Source: Thermoplasmata archaeon (GTDB taxonomy: Archaea; Thermoplasmatota; Thermoplasmata; RBG-16-68-12). From it: a stretch of 62,689 nt of DNA. Where the stretch lies: the NCBI GenBank assembly GCA_035557795.1, contig DATMDM010000098.1, forward strand, positions 1 to 62,689. The letters run 5' to 3'. The position numbers were made by a program, and so were the translations under genes. Position 1 is the stretch's first letter, and every line of letters begins with the position of its first letter. Positions 26,329 to 34,844 of this stretch are shown here, in pieces. Below the pieces are notes generated by a model that was not told where the DNA came from, searched no databases, and worked only from the letters and a program-made list of their open reading frames with translations.

Positions 26329-27963
26329 ATGCGAACCATCCTCCGCGAAGACGAGTCGGGTGTGTCGGAAGTCATCGGCACGATCCTGATCCTCGCGATG
26401 ACCGTCGTGCTGTTTTCCGTGATCATCGTCTGGGTGTCTGCCATCCCCACGCCCGCGGCGCAGGCCCGGACCGACATGCAGTCCGTGATGAACCCAATCT
26501 ATAACGGGCTCGGTGTGGAGATCGGCGTGAATATCACCCTCACCCACCAGGGCGGCGAGGCGCTGCAGCCCGTGCCGACGATCATTTACGTCACGTCGCA
26601 GCGCGGTACGAACGCCCCGCAGACGGACATCGTCATCCTGCACAAGTTCAACGGCTTCCTGGCGACCCCGAGTGGCCTCCTGGACGGGACCGACAGCGTC
26701 TGGGACATCGGCGAGCGCTGGGCGTACAAGAGCTTCAGCCTCCGGTCCTCGGACCAAATCACGGTCATTATCGTCGATAACCTGAAGAGCGTCATCCTAT
26801 GGAGTGGCCCAATGAATGCGCCGGCCGGCACGCGTCCCCCGGTCTTTGTCGATAAATGGACGGACGGAATCTTGGCCACGGAAGAGATCGACCCAGTCCA
26901 GGCGACCCAGGGATTCTACATCTTCGCGAAGCTCATGGACCCGGACAACGACCTGAATGTGAATTCGGTTTACGTGACGATCACCGCATGGTATGGGTCA
27001 GGCACTTCGTGTGCCGCCCCCCAACAGATGAAAGATAACGGGGTTTCCCCGGACCGCATCGCCGGAGACAAGATTTTCTCCTTCGGAGCGAACGCCTGCA
27101 CGAAACCTCCGTATCCCGCCCTCAGCTGGGCCGGATCCATCATTCTGCTAAATGCGACTGACTTGAAAGGCCACCAGACGACGACCCGCCTCGTCTTGGA
27201 CGTGGTTGCGCCCCTCACCGGCGGAGGTGGGAATGGCGGGACGATCCCGAGCCAGCTGTGGCAATACATCGGCTACGTCCAGATTCGGACCGGGGAGGTC
27301 TGGGTGTCGAACCTCAGTAACCCGTACAACTCGCCGAGCACGTACCAGCCGTACCGGGTCACGCGAGCCCAACTTAACGGGAACGGCGGAGCCATATTCC
27401 ATTACAAGATGGTGAACCACGGCAACACCACGATCTTCATCGATGGATGGAGTGAAGCGTTCTTCCAGAACACCCAGTCCGCGAGCGGTGCCGTCGCCTT
27501 CATTGTCGCGCCGTGCAGCACGGCGATCGCGGCGAACGCGGGCGGAGTCGCACCGTACCCCGGCACGGCTGGGAACATCAACGATTTCCAGTACGCCCAT
27601 ACCGGCTTGCCGGTCGGGTGTTCCGTGACGAGTCCTATCGCGGTCTTCGACATCAACACTTTCAACCAGGACACCGGTGGCACCCCGTACGTGATGTTAG
27701 CGTACGCCAAGACACCATTCTCCACGGGCTCTGCCAATGTCTGGGGCTCCGCCACCTTCTTCATGAGCATCCTCGTCTCGGGCATGGCGGGTCCCGCGAA
27801 CTACACGTACGCGCAACTCGCCGGGACCGGACCCAACCCGAACAGCTGCGGCGGGCTCGGACCGGCGTACAACCCCTTCAACCACCTGAACGACCCGATC
27901 GTGGCGTGCCGGACCTCGTGGTACGCCCAAGTGATTCCGTTCATCGGGATGGTCGTGTACTAG
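26329..27963 (+). CDS. Large secreted protein with archaeal pilin-type N-terminus (class III signal peptide)
   Basis: Start at ATG 26329 with a GGGAGG RBS and TATA AATTTATATATC at 26267-26278. MRTILREDESG-VSEVIGTILILAMTVVLFSVIIVWV matches the archaeal pilin N-terminal domain pattern. 544 aa. Confidence 0.75.
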   Translation: MRTILREDESGVSEVIGTILILAMTVVLFSVIIVWVSAIPTPAAQARTDMQSVMNPIYNGLGVEIGVNITLTHQGGEALQPVPTIIYVTSQRGTNAPQTDIVILHKFNGFLATPSGLLDGTDSVWDIGERWAYKSFSLRSSDQITVIIVDNLKSVILWSGPMNAPAGTRPPVFVDKWTDGILATEEIDPVQATQGFYIFAKLMDPDNDLNVNSVYVTITAWYGSGTSCAAPQQMKDNGVSPDRIAGDKIFSFGANACTKPPYPALSWAGSIILLNATDLKGHQTTTRLVLDVVAPLTGGGGNGGTIPSQLWQYIGYVQIRTGEVWVSNLSNPYNSPSTYQPYRVTRAQLNGNGGAIFHYKMVNHGNTTIFIDGWSEAFFQNTQSASGAVAFIVAPCSTAIAANAGGVAPYPGTAGNINDFQYAHTGLPVGCSVTSPIAVFDINTFNQDTGGTPYVMLAYAKTPFSTGSANVWGSATFFMSILVSGMAGPANYTYAQLAGTGPNPNSCGGLGPAYNPFNHLNDPIVACRTSWYAQVIPFIGMVVY

Positions 27964-28277
27964 GGGATTGCGAGTCAAGGCTTGGCGATTGCCAACGCCC
28001 CATTCGATTGAGCCGCTCCGTCCGACCGCTAGCGGCTGGATCCGAGGTCCGACACGTTTACGAACTCCTGCGCATTCCAAACTGCTCGGAATGACTGCCC
28101 GGGGGGCAAGGGCACTCTGCCCGAAGCGGCGCTGCAAGGTGAAGGTGCCACTTCTGGTCGCGATAGCGCGAAGACATGAATGCGCATATCGGGGGTACCC
28201 AGCAGGATGTTGAGCACCGGTTGTACCGCGATCGAACCGGGCCCGGGCGAGCCGGGCGTCTGGGACGAATCCCATAG

Positions 28278-28655
28278 ATGAGCCGCATGTTCGATCCCAA
28301 TATGATCCATCCGCTTCGCGACGGCGGTATCGTATGGGTCTTCTATTTCCGAAAGTCCGAGGTCCCGCAGCGGGAACTCGAGATCGTTTCATGGGCCAAA
28401 CGCGGACAGCTCCTGCGCCTCGCGGTCACCTTCGGATCGGTGGACCCGGAAACGCGCGAGTACAGGAGTACGACGGCTGTCCATCTCTGGCAAATGGACA
28501 CCCTGCCCTCGACGGTCTCTTGGCGCGAGGTCTTCGTCCATGTGTTTACGCATGAGCCATTGCATCACGTGATCGGCCGGTTTCTTGCCGAGATCGCGGA
28601 GCGCGGAGACCAGGAATGGGTCATCCAGCGGCTCGGCGACGGTCGTTGGTGGTAG
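28278..28655 (+). CDS. Hypothetical protein with an HExxH motif
   Basis: 125 aa containing VFTHEPLHHVIGRF. No RBS seen. Confidence 0.4.
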   Translation: MSRMFDPNMIHPLRDGGIVWVFYFRKSEVPQRELEIVSWAKRGQLLRLAVTFGSVDPETREYRSTTAVHLWQMDTLPSTVSWREVFVHVFTHEPLHHVIGRFLAEIAERGDQEWVIQRLGDGRWW

Positions 28656-28793
28656 GTCCACCCTTGTCGTAACATCGGCGTAGAAGCCCTCGTTCTCCGC
28701 CACGCCCGCACTCCGGGACGGGCAAACTACCTCTGGTTAGTTAGTATCCCGGAAATCCTTAACGAGTCAATTCCCCGCTGCCGGTCTTGGGTC

Positions 28794-29048
28794 TTGCGGA
28801 GCAATCGAGCCCTGAAAGCGTTAAGCGCGCGCAATTCCATTCCGTTGTACGTCTGGGACGACGACAGTTTGGGACCCCTTTACTCAGAATGGGGGAATTT
28901 CGAGAACTGGCTGAGGTATTACGGATGGGTGTTCCGGGCTCTGGTCTTTCTATTGACTCTGTCGATTCTGATTAACCTCTGGTTTTACTGGGAGCGTTGG
29001 GCGCACCTGCACCTGCTCAAGAACGCGATAGGGAACGTTACGGATTAA
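28794..29048 (+). CDS. Hypothetical small membrane protein (weak call)
   Basis: TTG start, one hydrophobic helix (VFRALVFLLTLSILINLWFYW), in a lower-GC patch. Confidence 0.25.
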   Translation: MRSNRALKALSARNSIPLYVWDDDSLGPLYSEWGNFENWLRYYGWVFRALVFLLTLSILINLWFYWERWAHLHLLKNAIGNVTD

Positions 29049-29056
29049 GAAGCGAT

Positions 29057-29476
29057 GTGGGGGGAGTCCTGGCCGTTCTGGGAGGAGTCATTACCCTCAT
29101 CGCCCAGATTCTGCCATGGGTGGGATTTAGACCGACATCGGCCTGCCCAGGGTGCGGCGGGTACGGCGCATCTGGTTTGATCTATGAAGGAGGGGCCATC
29201 ATCGTTCCGTTGTTCGGCCTCTTTTGGCTCACGGTCTTCGCAGTTCCAAGGAAAGTCGCCGCGATTCTGGGTGTCATCTGGGGAGCACCGGCGTTTCTCC
29301 TGTCAGCGGGAGCGCTTGCGATTATTCCCGGGCCTGCGACCCATGTCGAGTACGGGGCTTACATGAGCATCGTCGGATCCCTCGCCCTGATTGCCGGTTC
29401 GGCGTTTGCCTTCATGGAGGCAGATACGATTCAGTCACCGATACCGTTGGCCGAGACACCGCCTTCGACGCGTTAG
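29057..29476 (+). CDS. Hypothetical 4-TM membrane protein
   Basis: A GTG at 29057 follows the stop of the previous ORF; the tracked start is 28997. Hydrophobic segments VLAVLGGVITLIAQILPWV, IIVPLFGLFWLTVFAV, ILGVIWGAPAFLLSAGALAII and MSIVGSLALIAGSAFAF. Confidence 0.5.
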   Translation: MGGVLAVLGGVITLIAQILPWVGFRPTSACPGCGGYGASGLIYEGGAIIVPLFGLFWLTVFAVPRKVAAILGVIWGAPAFLLSAGALAIIPGPATHVEYGAYMSIVGSLALIAGSAFAFMEADTIQSPIPLAETPPSTR

Positions 29477-29746
29477 GCGATCCTGTGTGAGAGAGAGCCA
29501 AAACACAAACAGTTTCCGGGGGGTCATACCGCGGCGGAACCCGAAAGGCTCGACAAAAGAAGCGGGGCTTTGTAAACACACTCAGCGGGCGAGAACCAGG
29601 AATCCCGGGCGGTCAGTCCGGTCGACTTCCGGATCAATCTCGCCTCTCTACACCGGGTCGACTTCCAGAGAGGTCGACGGCGCGATGCCCTTTTTGTCAG
29701 CCGGAATGGAGCCCTCACTGCCGAAGAAGGCTCGGCCTACCAAACA

Positions 29747-29758
29747 GGAAAAGAAAAG
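29747..29758 (-). terminator. Oligo-T tract downstream of paralog 2
   Basis: The minus strand reads CTTTTCTTTTCC within 30 nt after the stop at 29777. Archaeal terminators are T-runs. Confidence 0.45.
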
Positions 29759-29776
29759 GGGTTGGGGAAGGCCGGC

Positions 29777-32500
29777 TCAGAGATCGTCGGACGACGCATT
29801 CTCGCCGTTCTGGCCTTCCGAACTCTCGCCTTCCTTGCCTTCGATCGGCTTCTTGATGACGCGCTTCTGCACGATCGGTGCGGGCGCGTTGGTCGGCCCG
29901 GGCGGAGACATCGGCCCGCGGGCCTGGATTCTGCGCGCCGGAGCGCCTGCGACGACCGCTCCACCGCTCGGTGGGCGCTGATCGCGCATCAAGGATCCGC
30001 ACTTGTGGCAGACCGTGGCCGTCACGGAGTTGAGGGTGCCGCACGTCGGGCACGGCTTCGAGCCCATCTTGCGCATCTCCTCTTCCTCGCGGAGCCAGTC
30101 TTCGAAGGTGAGGAAGGTCGGCTGCTTGCGCCACCACTCCTGGAACTCGGTTTCGCTCAGGCTGCGGCCCAGCTGTCGGGAGGCTTCTTGCTTGAAGCGA
30201 GCGATGACCTCGTCGTACTGGAGGCGCATCTTCTCCTTGTAGTCGGCCATCTCGAGCTGACCCGTCGCGAACTCGACGCCGCACTCCGGGCACTGCTTCA
30301 CGTCGACCGGGATCCAGGCCTGGCAGTTCGAGCACTTCGCCATGTCCCGCTCGAACTCGACCCCGCACTTCGGGCAGGTCGTCGCGTCCTCCGGGATGAA
30401 GGCGCCGCACTCGCCGCACTCGACCATCTTGCCGAGGCCGTAGACTTTCCAGTAGAGCGACACGCCGATCGCGACGGCCGCTGCGGCCGCAAGGATGACC
30501 AGGAAGAGCCACCACTCGATGCCGAGGACCGGGACCTTCTGGAACAGGAAGGACGACGATCTCTGCACGGAGATCGTGCGGGTGTCCGGCTGAATCAGTG
30601 TGGTCGCCGGCGTCACGACGATCGTGTACGACCCGTCCTGGGTGGTCTGGGGCACCGTGATCGTCCCGATGAAGAAGCCGTCACTCGCCGACATCGTGGA
30701 GTTCGTCGCGAGGACCGTGGCGCCGCTGCGCAGCTCGATGTTCAGGACGACGCCGCCGATGCCGTTCGAGCCCGAGTCCCGAACGTATCCCGTGACGCCA
30801 AGCGAGTTGCCGGAGACGACGGATTGGCCGCTCGACGGGGTCAGAATCGCGGTGAACCCGGCCGGCGGTGGCTGGACGGTCAAGGTGATGTTGGCGAAGT
30901 TGTTGCTCTCCTGCGCGGCTCCGCCCTCGTTGATCGTGTTGTCCGGGTCGACGATGAGCTCGAGCGTGTGCGACCCGAGGGCGCCGATGCCGGCCACGTT
31001 CAACGTCTGGTTCAGGGACGTGACGACCGTCAGGCCGTTCACCCGGGCGACCTCGCTCGCGCGGTTTCCGTCAAGGTAGGCCCCGACCGAGACCGCCGTC
31101 GCGGTGGTCTGCCCCTGGTTCGAAATCAGGGCGTATGCCGTGAAGGGCTGGTTCTGCAGGACCGTCATCGTGGCGCTCGCCGGCTGCACGGTCAGGTCTG
31201 GTCCCGTGCGCACCTGTACAGGGAGGGACACCGAGACCTGCTTCGTGTTGTTGTCCGCGTTGATCGCCGGGTACGGGTCGAAATTCACGCCGCCCGGGCC
31301 CGTCGTCGCGCCAAAGGCGATCGTCAGCTGGTAGTTGCCGAACGATTCCGCGTTCGGTAGGCTCGCGGTCGTGATCAGGTCCGTGTACAACGGGATTGTG
31401 GCGAGGCCGTTCGCATCCGTGCGGTTCCACGCGTTCGCGCCGCTCGCGGCCTTCCCGAGGTACGAGAGGGTCCGCGCGCTCGGCGTCGTGGAGAGACCGT
31501 TGTCCGGATACTGGGCGGTCGTCGTGCTCGGACTGAGGGTCGACCAAATCGTCGCGCCGCTCACCGGGAACCCGGTCGAATCGATGACGGAGGCCCGGAG
31601 CCACCGCAAGAGGAACACGTTTCCGCCCGCGGCCTGCGGCACGTACGCGGGCTGCCACGACGACTTGAGGACGGGGTCCTCGGTTCGGTCGACCGTGACG
31701 TTGTACAGGTACGCGTTCGAGGTTCCGTCGACCTGCAGCGTGTTATGCAGCCCGAGGACGTTGGAGAAGTCGACTCCGATGTACGTGTCGTACGCAAACA
31801 GGTTGCTGGTGGCGGTCAAGCCAAGGTTGCCTTCGACGGGGCCCGTGGCATTGCCGCTGGGCGCGCTCGCGTTCTCATAGATCCGTTCGATTCGGGATCC
31901 GTAGAGGCTCGCGGTCGTGGACGCCCAGGAGATCAACGGACTGTCGTCGTTGTCGTCCTGATACACTCCGACGCCGAAGAGCTCGGTCGATGTGAAACCG
32001 GTGATTCGCGAGCCGGTGATGTCGATCGTCGCGCCGGTCGCGTTGAACCAACCGGGGAATTTCACGGTCGCGCCGTTCTTCATCGCGAAGTGGCTGCCCG
32101 CGCCCGAGACTGTGAAGGCGAGCTTCAGGTACGGCTTGATTGCATCCGTCTGGGTCGTGACGATCGAGTGGTCGAGGACCAGTTCGCCGCCCGCGTTCAC
32201 GTTGAGCGCGTAGCCTTCATGAGCCGTATCCTTGGAGAAACTCAAACCTCCGTTGACCAGCGTGAGGCTGCCTCCGGAGTTGATGTTGATCGAACCGTCG
32301 ACCGAGTAGACGATTCCTGTGCACACCTGAGTCGTGGTGACCGTCCAGGTCCCGGTGATGACGCCACCGACCTGGTCGCAGGTTCCGGCCCGTGCGGCCG
32401 GGCTGAGTGCCACAAAGGCGGCGAAGAGGCCACCCAGGGCGACGGACCAAATGATCAAACACGTCAGGGCCTTCCCATTCCGTTCGGATCGGCTAGACAA
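29777..32500 (-). CDS. Giant type I surface protein with cytoplasmic triple zinc-ribbon tail (paralog 2)
   Basis: Start re-set to TTG 32500 by alignment with paralog 1 (TTGTCTAGC vs ATGTCTAGT, (M)SSRSERNGKALTCLIIWS vs MSSRAGRSARAPTLLIVWS), with AGGAGG 8 nt upstream. 907 aa. It has the same head, one CARDB-like module, a TM helix and the tail. Confidence 0.85.
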   Translation of the reverse strand: MSSRSERNGKALTCLIIWSVALGGLFAAFVALSPAARAGTCDQVGGVITGTWTVTTTQVCTGIVYSVDGSININSGGSLTLVNGGLSFSKDTAHEGYALNVNAGGELVLDHSIVTTQTDAIKPYLKLAFTVSGAGSHFAMKNGATVKFPGWFNATGATIDITGSRITGFTSTELFGVGVYQDDNDDSPLISWASTTASLYGSRIERIYENASAPSGNATGPVEGNLGLTATSNLFAYDTYIGVDFSNVLGLHNTLQVDGTSNAYLYNVTVDRTEDPVLKSSWQPAYVPQAAGGNVFLLRWLRASVIDSTGFPVSGATIWSTLSPSTTTAQYPDNGLSTTPSARTLSYLGKAASGANAWNRTDANGLATIPLYTDLITTASLPNAESFGNYQLTIAFGATTGPGGVNFDPYPAINADNNTKQVSVSLPVQVRTGPDLTVQPASATMTVLQNQPFTAYALISNQGQTTATAVSVGAYLDGNRASEVARVNGLTVVTSLNQTLNVAGIGALGSHTLELIVDPDNTINEGGAAQESNNFANITLTVQPPPAGFTAILTPSSGQSVVSGNSLGVTGYVRDSGSNGIGGVVLNIELRSGATVLATNSTMSASDGFFIGTITVPQTTQDGSYTIVVTPATTLIQPDTRTISVQRSSSFLFQKVPVLGIEWWLFLVILAAAAAVAIGVSLYWKVYGLGKMVECGECGAFIPEDATTCPKCGVEFERDMAKCSNCQAWIPVDVKQCPECGVEFATGQLEMADYKEKMRLQYDEVIARFKQEASRQLGRSLSETEFQEWWRKQPTFLTFEDWLREEEEMRKMGSKPCPTCGTLNSVTATVCHKCGSLMRDQRPPSGGAVVAGAPARRIQARGPMSPPGPTNAPAPIVQKRVIKKPIEGKEGESSEGQNGENASSDDL
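30264..30454 (-). repeat. Near-identical block shared with 21834-22024
   Basis: See the partner feature. Confidence 0.8.
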
Positions 32501-32580
32501 CCCAAGACCTCCTGAGGTCGAGTCGGCCGAACGCATCCGGAGGACTACGACCGGTGGGCATGTTGCGCGGGCCATCCGGG
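32501..32580 (-). promoter_or_regulatory. Conserved 80-nt 5' leader of paralog 2
   Basis: Aligns without gaps to 25837-25916. Confidence 0.55.
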
Positions 32581-32581
32581 G

Positions 32582-32597
32582 CCTCTTTATAAATAGG
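32582..32597 (-). promoter_or_regulatory. TATA box of paralog 2
   Basis: The minus strand reads CCTATTTATAAAGAGG. Confidence 0.6.
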
Positions 32598-32606
32598 TTA
32601 CCGCGC

Positions 32607-32649
32607 GATTATCTATCCCGATACGCACCTGTTCTCACGCGGAAGAATA
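32607..32649. promoter_or_regulatory. Conserved promoter-upstream element (partner of 25943-25985)
   Basis: GATTATCTATCCCGATACGCACCTGTTCTCacgcggAAGAATA. The palindrome is degenerate in its right arm. Confidence 0.5.
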
Positions 32650-32791
32650 ACGCGGGAATATGGAGAGAATGATTTTATCATCTCACACGGATAGAAATGG
32701 CCAAAAATCGCGGAAATTCGACCGAAAAATGTGAGAAAACCGAATGGCCTTGAGCCCGTGCATCGTCTTTGCGTGGACTCGACCACCCGGC

Positions 32792-33928
32792 TCAGATCAC
32801 TTTCTTCTTCATGACCTTCTTCACGCTGACGGGGGCCTTCTTCGACGCTTTGTCGTCATCGGCCATCCGGTGCCCGCATGCGTAGCACATGATCGCATCG
32901 GACGAGATCATCGTGCCACAGGCTGGACAAGGGATCTCGGACTCTCCCTCCGTCTCAGATGTTTCCTCCGCGGCCGCTTCGTCCTGGAGACGGTGCCCAC
33001 ATGCGTAGCACATGATCGCATCGGACGAGATCATCGTGCCACACGCCGGACAGGCCATTTCTGATTCGCCTGAAGCGGACTCCGCCTGTATGGCGACCTT
33101 CGCGACGGGTTTCGCCATCTGCGCGACCGCGACCGGCACCTGCGCTGCCGCCTTCGCGACCGCGGGCGCCGGACTGGATGGGACCGGTTGAGGCCGCAAT
33201 CCCGCGGACGACACCGGCGCCGTGGGCACCGGTCTCACGGAGACGGCAGGCCCTGCAGCAGGCGTCGAAGGCATCGCCTTCATCGACTGTTCTTGGGCGA
33301 TCAACTGTTTCTCCCGCTCGAGGAGCCGCTTCCCTTCTTCGGCGATCTTCGCGCGGGCCGCCGCAAAGTTTTCCTCCTCGACCGCGAGCTTCTTTTCGCG
33401 CTCCATGAGCTCGCGGTTCCGACCGATCTGGGCGTCGAGCGTGGCCTTCTGGTCTTCGAGGAGCTTCACAATCTGCTCTTGCCTCGTGGCGATCTCGGTC
33501 TTCCGCGCTGCGATGTCCTTCACATGGGTGACAGCCTCGGAGTCACGTCGAGCGATGTCCTCTTCCCTCCGCACGAGCGAATCGAGGCGTTTTGCGAGTT
33601 CCTGCTCGCGCGACACCAGCGAGTTCTCCTTCGCGAGCACCTGTTGCCTCGTGGAATCGAATTGCTGCGCCTGCTCGGCAATCGCCCGCTCGCTCTGCTC
33701 GAGCTCCTTCTCTCGGGCCCGCAGCCCTTTCTCCCGGCCGACGAGCGAGTCCCTCTCTTCCGAGAGCGAGGTCCGTTCCTGTTCGAGGACCCGGCGGTCT
33801 TCCTCGATTTTGGCCGCTTGATCCTGAAGGGCGGCCTCGCGCTCCCTTCGTTCCGCATCCTGGGACTTCAGGCTTTCTTCTACTTTCTTCAGTGCATCCA
33901 GCGCGTCTAGGATCGATCCTTCGGCCAT
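32792..33928 (-). CDS. Coiled-coil protein with Pro/Ala-rich linker and two C-terminal zinc ribbons
   Basis: About 220 aa of heptad-like E/R/K/L/Q sequence, then a P/A/V-rich linker, then ACPACGTMISSDAIMCYACGHRL and PCPACGTMISSDAIMCYACGHRM. GGAGGG RBS. Confidence 0.8.
   Translation of the reverse strand: MAEGSILDALDALKKVEESLKSQDAERREREAALQDQAAKIEEDRRVLEQERTSLSEERDSLVGREKGLRAREKELEQSERAIAEQAQQFDSTRQQVLAKENSLVSREQELAKRLDSLVRREEDIARRDSEAVTHVKDIAARKTEIATRQEQIVKLLEDQKATLDAQIGRNRELMEREKKLAVEEENFAAARAKIAEEGKRLLEREKQLIAQEQSMKAMPSTPAAGPAVSVRPVPTAPVSSAGLRPQPVPSSPAPAVAKAAAQVPVAVAQMAKPVAKVAIQAESASGESEMACPACGTMISSDAIMCYACGHRLQDEAAAEETSETEGESEIPCPACGTMISSDAIMCYACGHRMADDDKASKKAPVSVKKVMKKKVI
32868..32929 (-). 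repeat. Intragenic direct repeat copy A (zinc-ribbon unit)
   Basis: 62 nt, 59/62 identical to 32991-33052. Period 123 nt (41 codons). Confidence 0.85.
32991..33052 (-). repeat. Intragenic direct repeat copy B (zinc-ribbon unit)
   Basis: See copy A. Confidence 0.85.
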
Positions 33929-33993
33929 TTAGGGTGCCCTCCGATGTTCATGCATGGCGCCGAGCCTCCCTGGCGTCGGCGTGTGAACGTCCC

Positions 33994-34713
33994 TCATGAA
34001 TTCCCTCCCGCCTCGAAGATCGGCCCGAGGACGGTGAGTCCGCCTTTCCGGACCTCGATCGCGTGTTTCTCCATCGAGTGATCGACGGATCGCATCTTCT
34101 CGACCTGGAGGTACCGCACGAGCTTCCCGCGGGACCGGTCCAGTCCCAGCACAACGATGCCATCGACGAGAAACCCCTCGTTTCCAAGGAGCTGACTCTC
34201 CCCGTTCGGCGCCCGCTCCATGACCACGAGGCACGTGAGTTCGTTGTCCCGGAGCATCTTGAAGAAGTAGAACATCCGCTTCCGCATGTTGGTCGTGTTC
34301 TCCATGAGCGAGTAGAGGGCGCCGAGGGAGTCGAGGGCGAACAGCTTGAACTTGTGACCGTGCACCTTGCGGTAGTGACCGATCATCCGCTCGATGAAGG
34401 CGAGGTAGTCCGTCTGGTCTTCCGGGCCGACGACTGCATCGATCTCCCGGAGATCTGTGAAGTCGCTGATCTGCATGTTCATCGAGAGTTCGACACCGAG
34501 GGACTCCATGTTCCGTAGGTGCGACTGGACGGTCTCTTCGAGGGTGGTGTACAGCCCGAACTCTCCGGTGTCTTTCAAGTAACGCGACATGAGCGTGTAG
34601 CAAAACGAAGTCTTCATCGACCCGGGCGGGCCCGTGACGAGGATGACCTTCGGTGGGACGATGTCGCTCCGAATCACTTTGTCCAGACCGTCGATTGCAC
34701 TGCGAAACGCCAT
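33994..34713 (-). CDS. KaiC-like / RecA-superfamily ATPase, single domain
   Basis: GLDKVIRSDIVPPKVILVTGPPGSMKT (Walker A) and LFALDSLG (Walker B). Directly upstream of the coiled-coil gene on the same strand. Confidence 0.9.
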   Translation of the reverse strand: MAFRSAIDGLDKVIRSDIVPPKVILVTGPPGSMKTSFCYTLMSRYLKDTGEFGLYTTLEETVQSHLRNMESLGVELSMNMQISDFTDLREIDAVVGPEDQTDYLAFIERMIGHYRKVHGHKFKLFALDSLGALYSLMENTTNMRKRMFYFFKMLRDNELTCLVVMERAPNGESQLLGNEGFLVDGIVVLGLDRSRGKLVRYLQVEKMRSVDHSMEKHAIEVRKGGLTVLGPIFEAGGNS

Positions 34714-34844
34714 GGCCGCGCCGGATACGCATCACACGGGGGCAGGGCTCACTTAATCGTTTTGAGGTGATTATCTGGGCTGAGGACTTATCATTCTCTG
34801 GACTGAGTCCGGAAAGTCTTAGTACGCAGTTTCCAGATAGAAAC

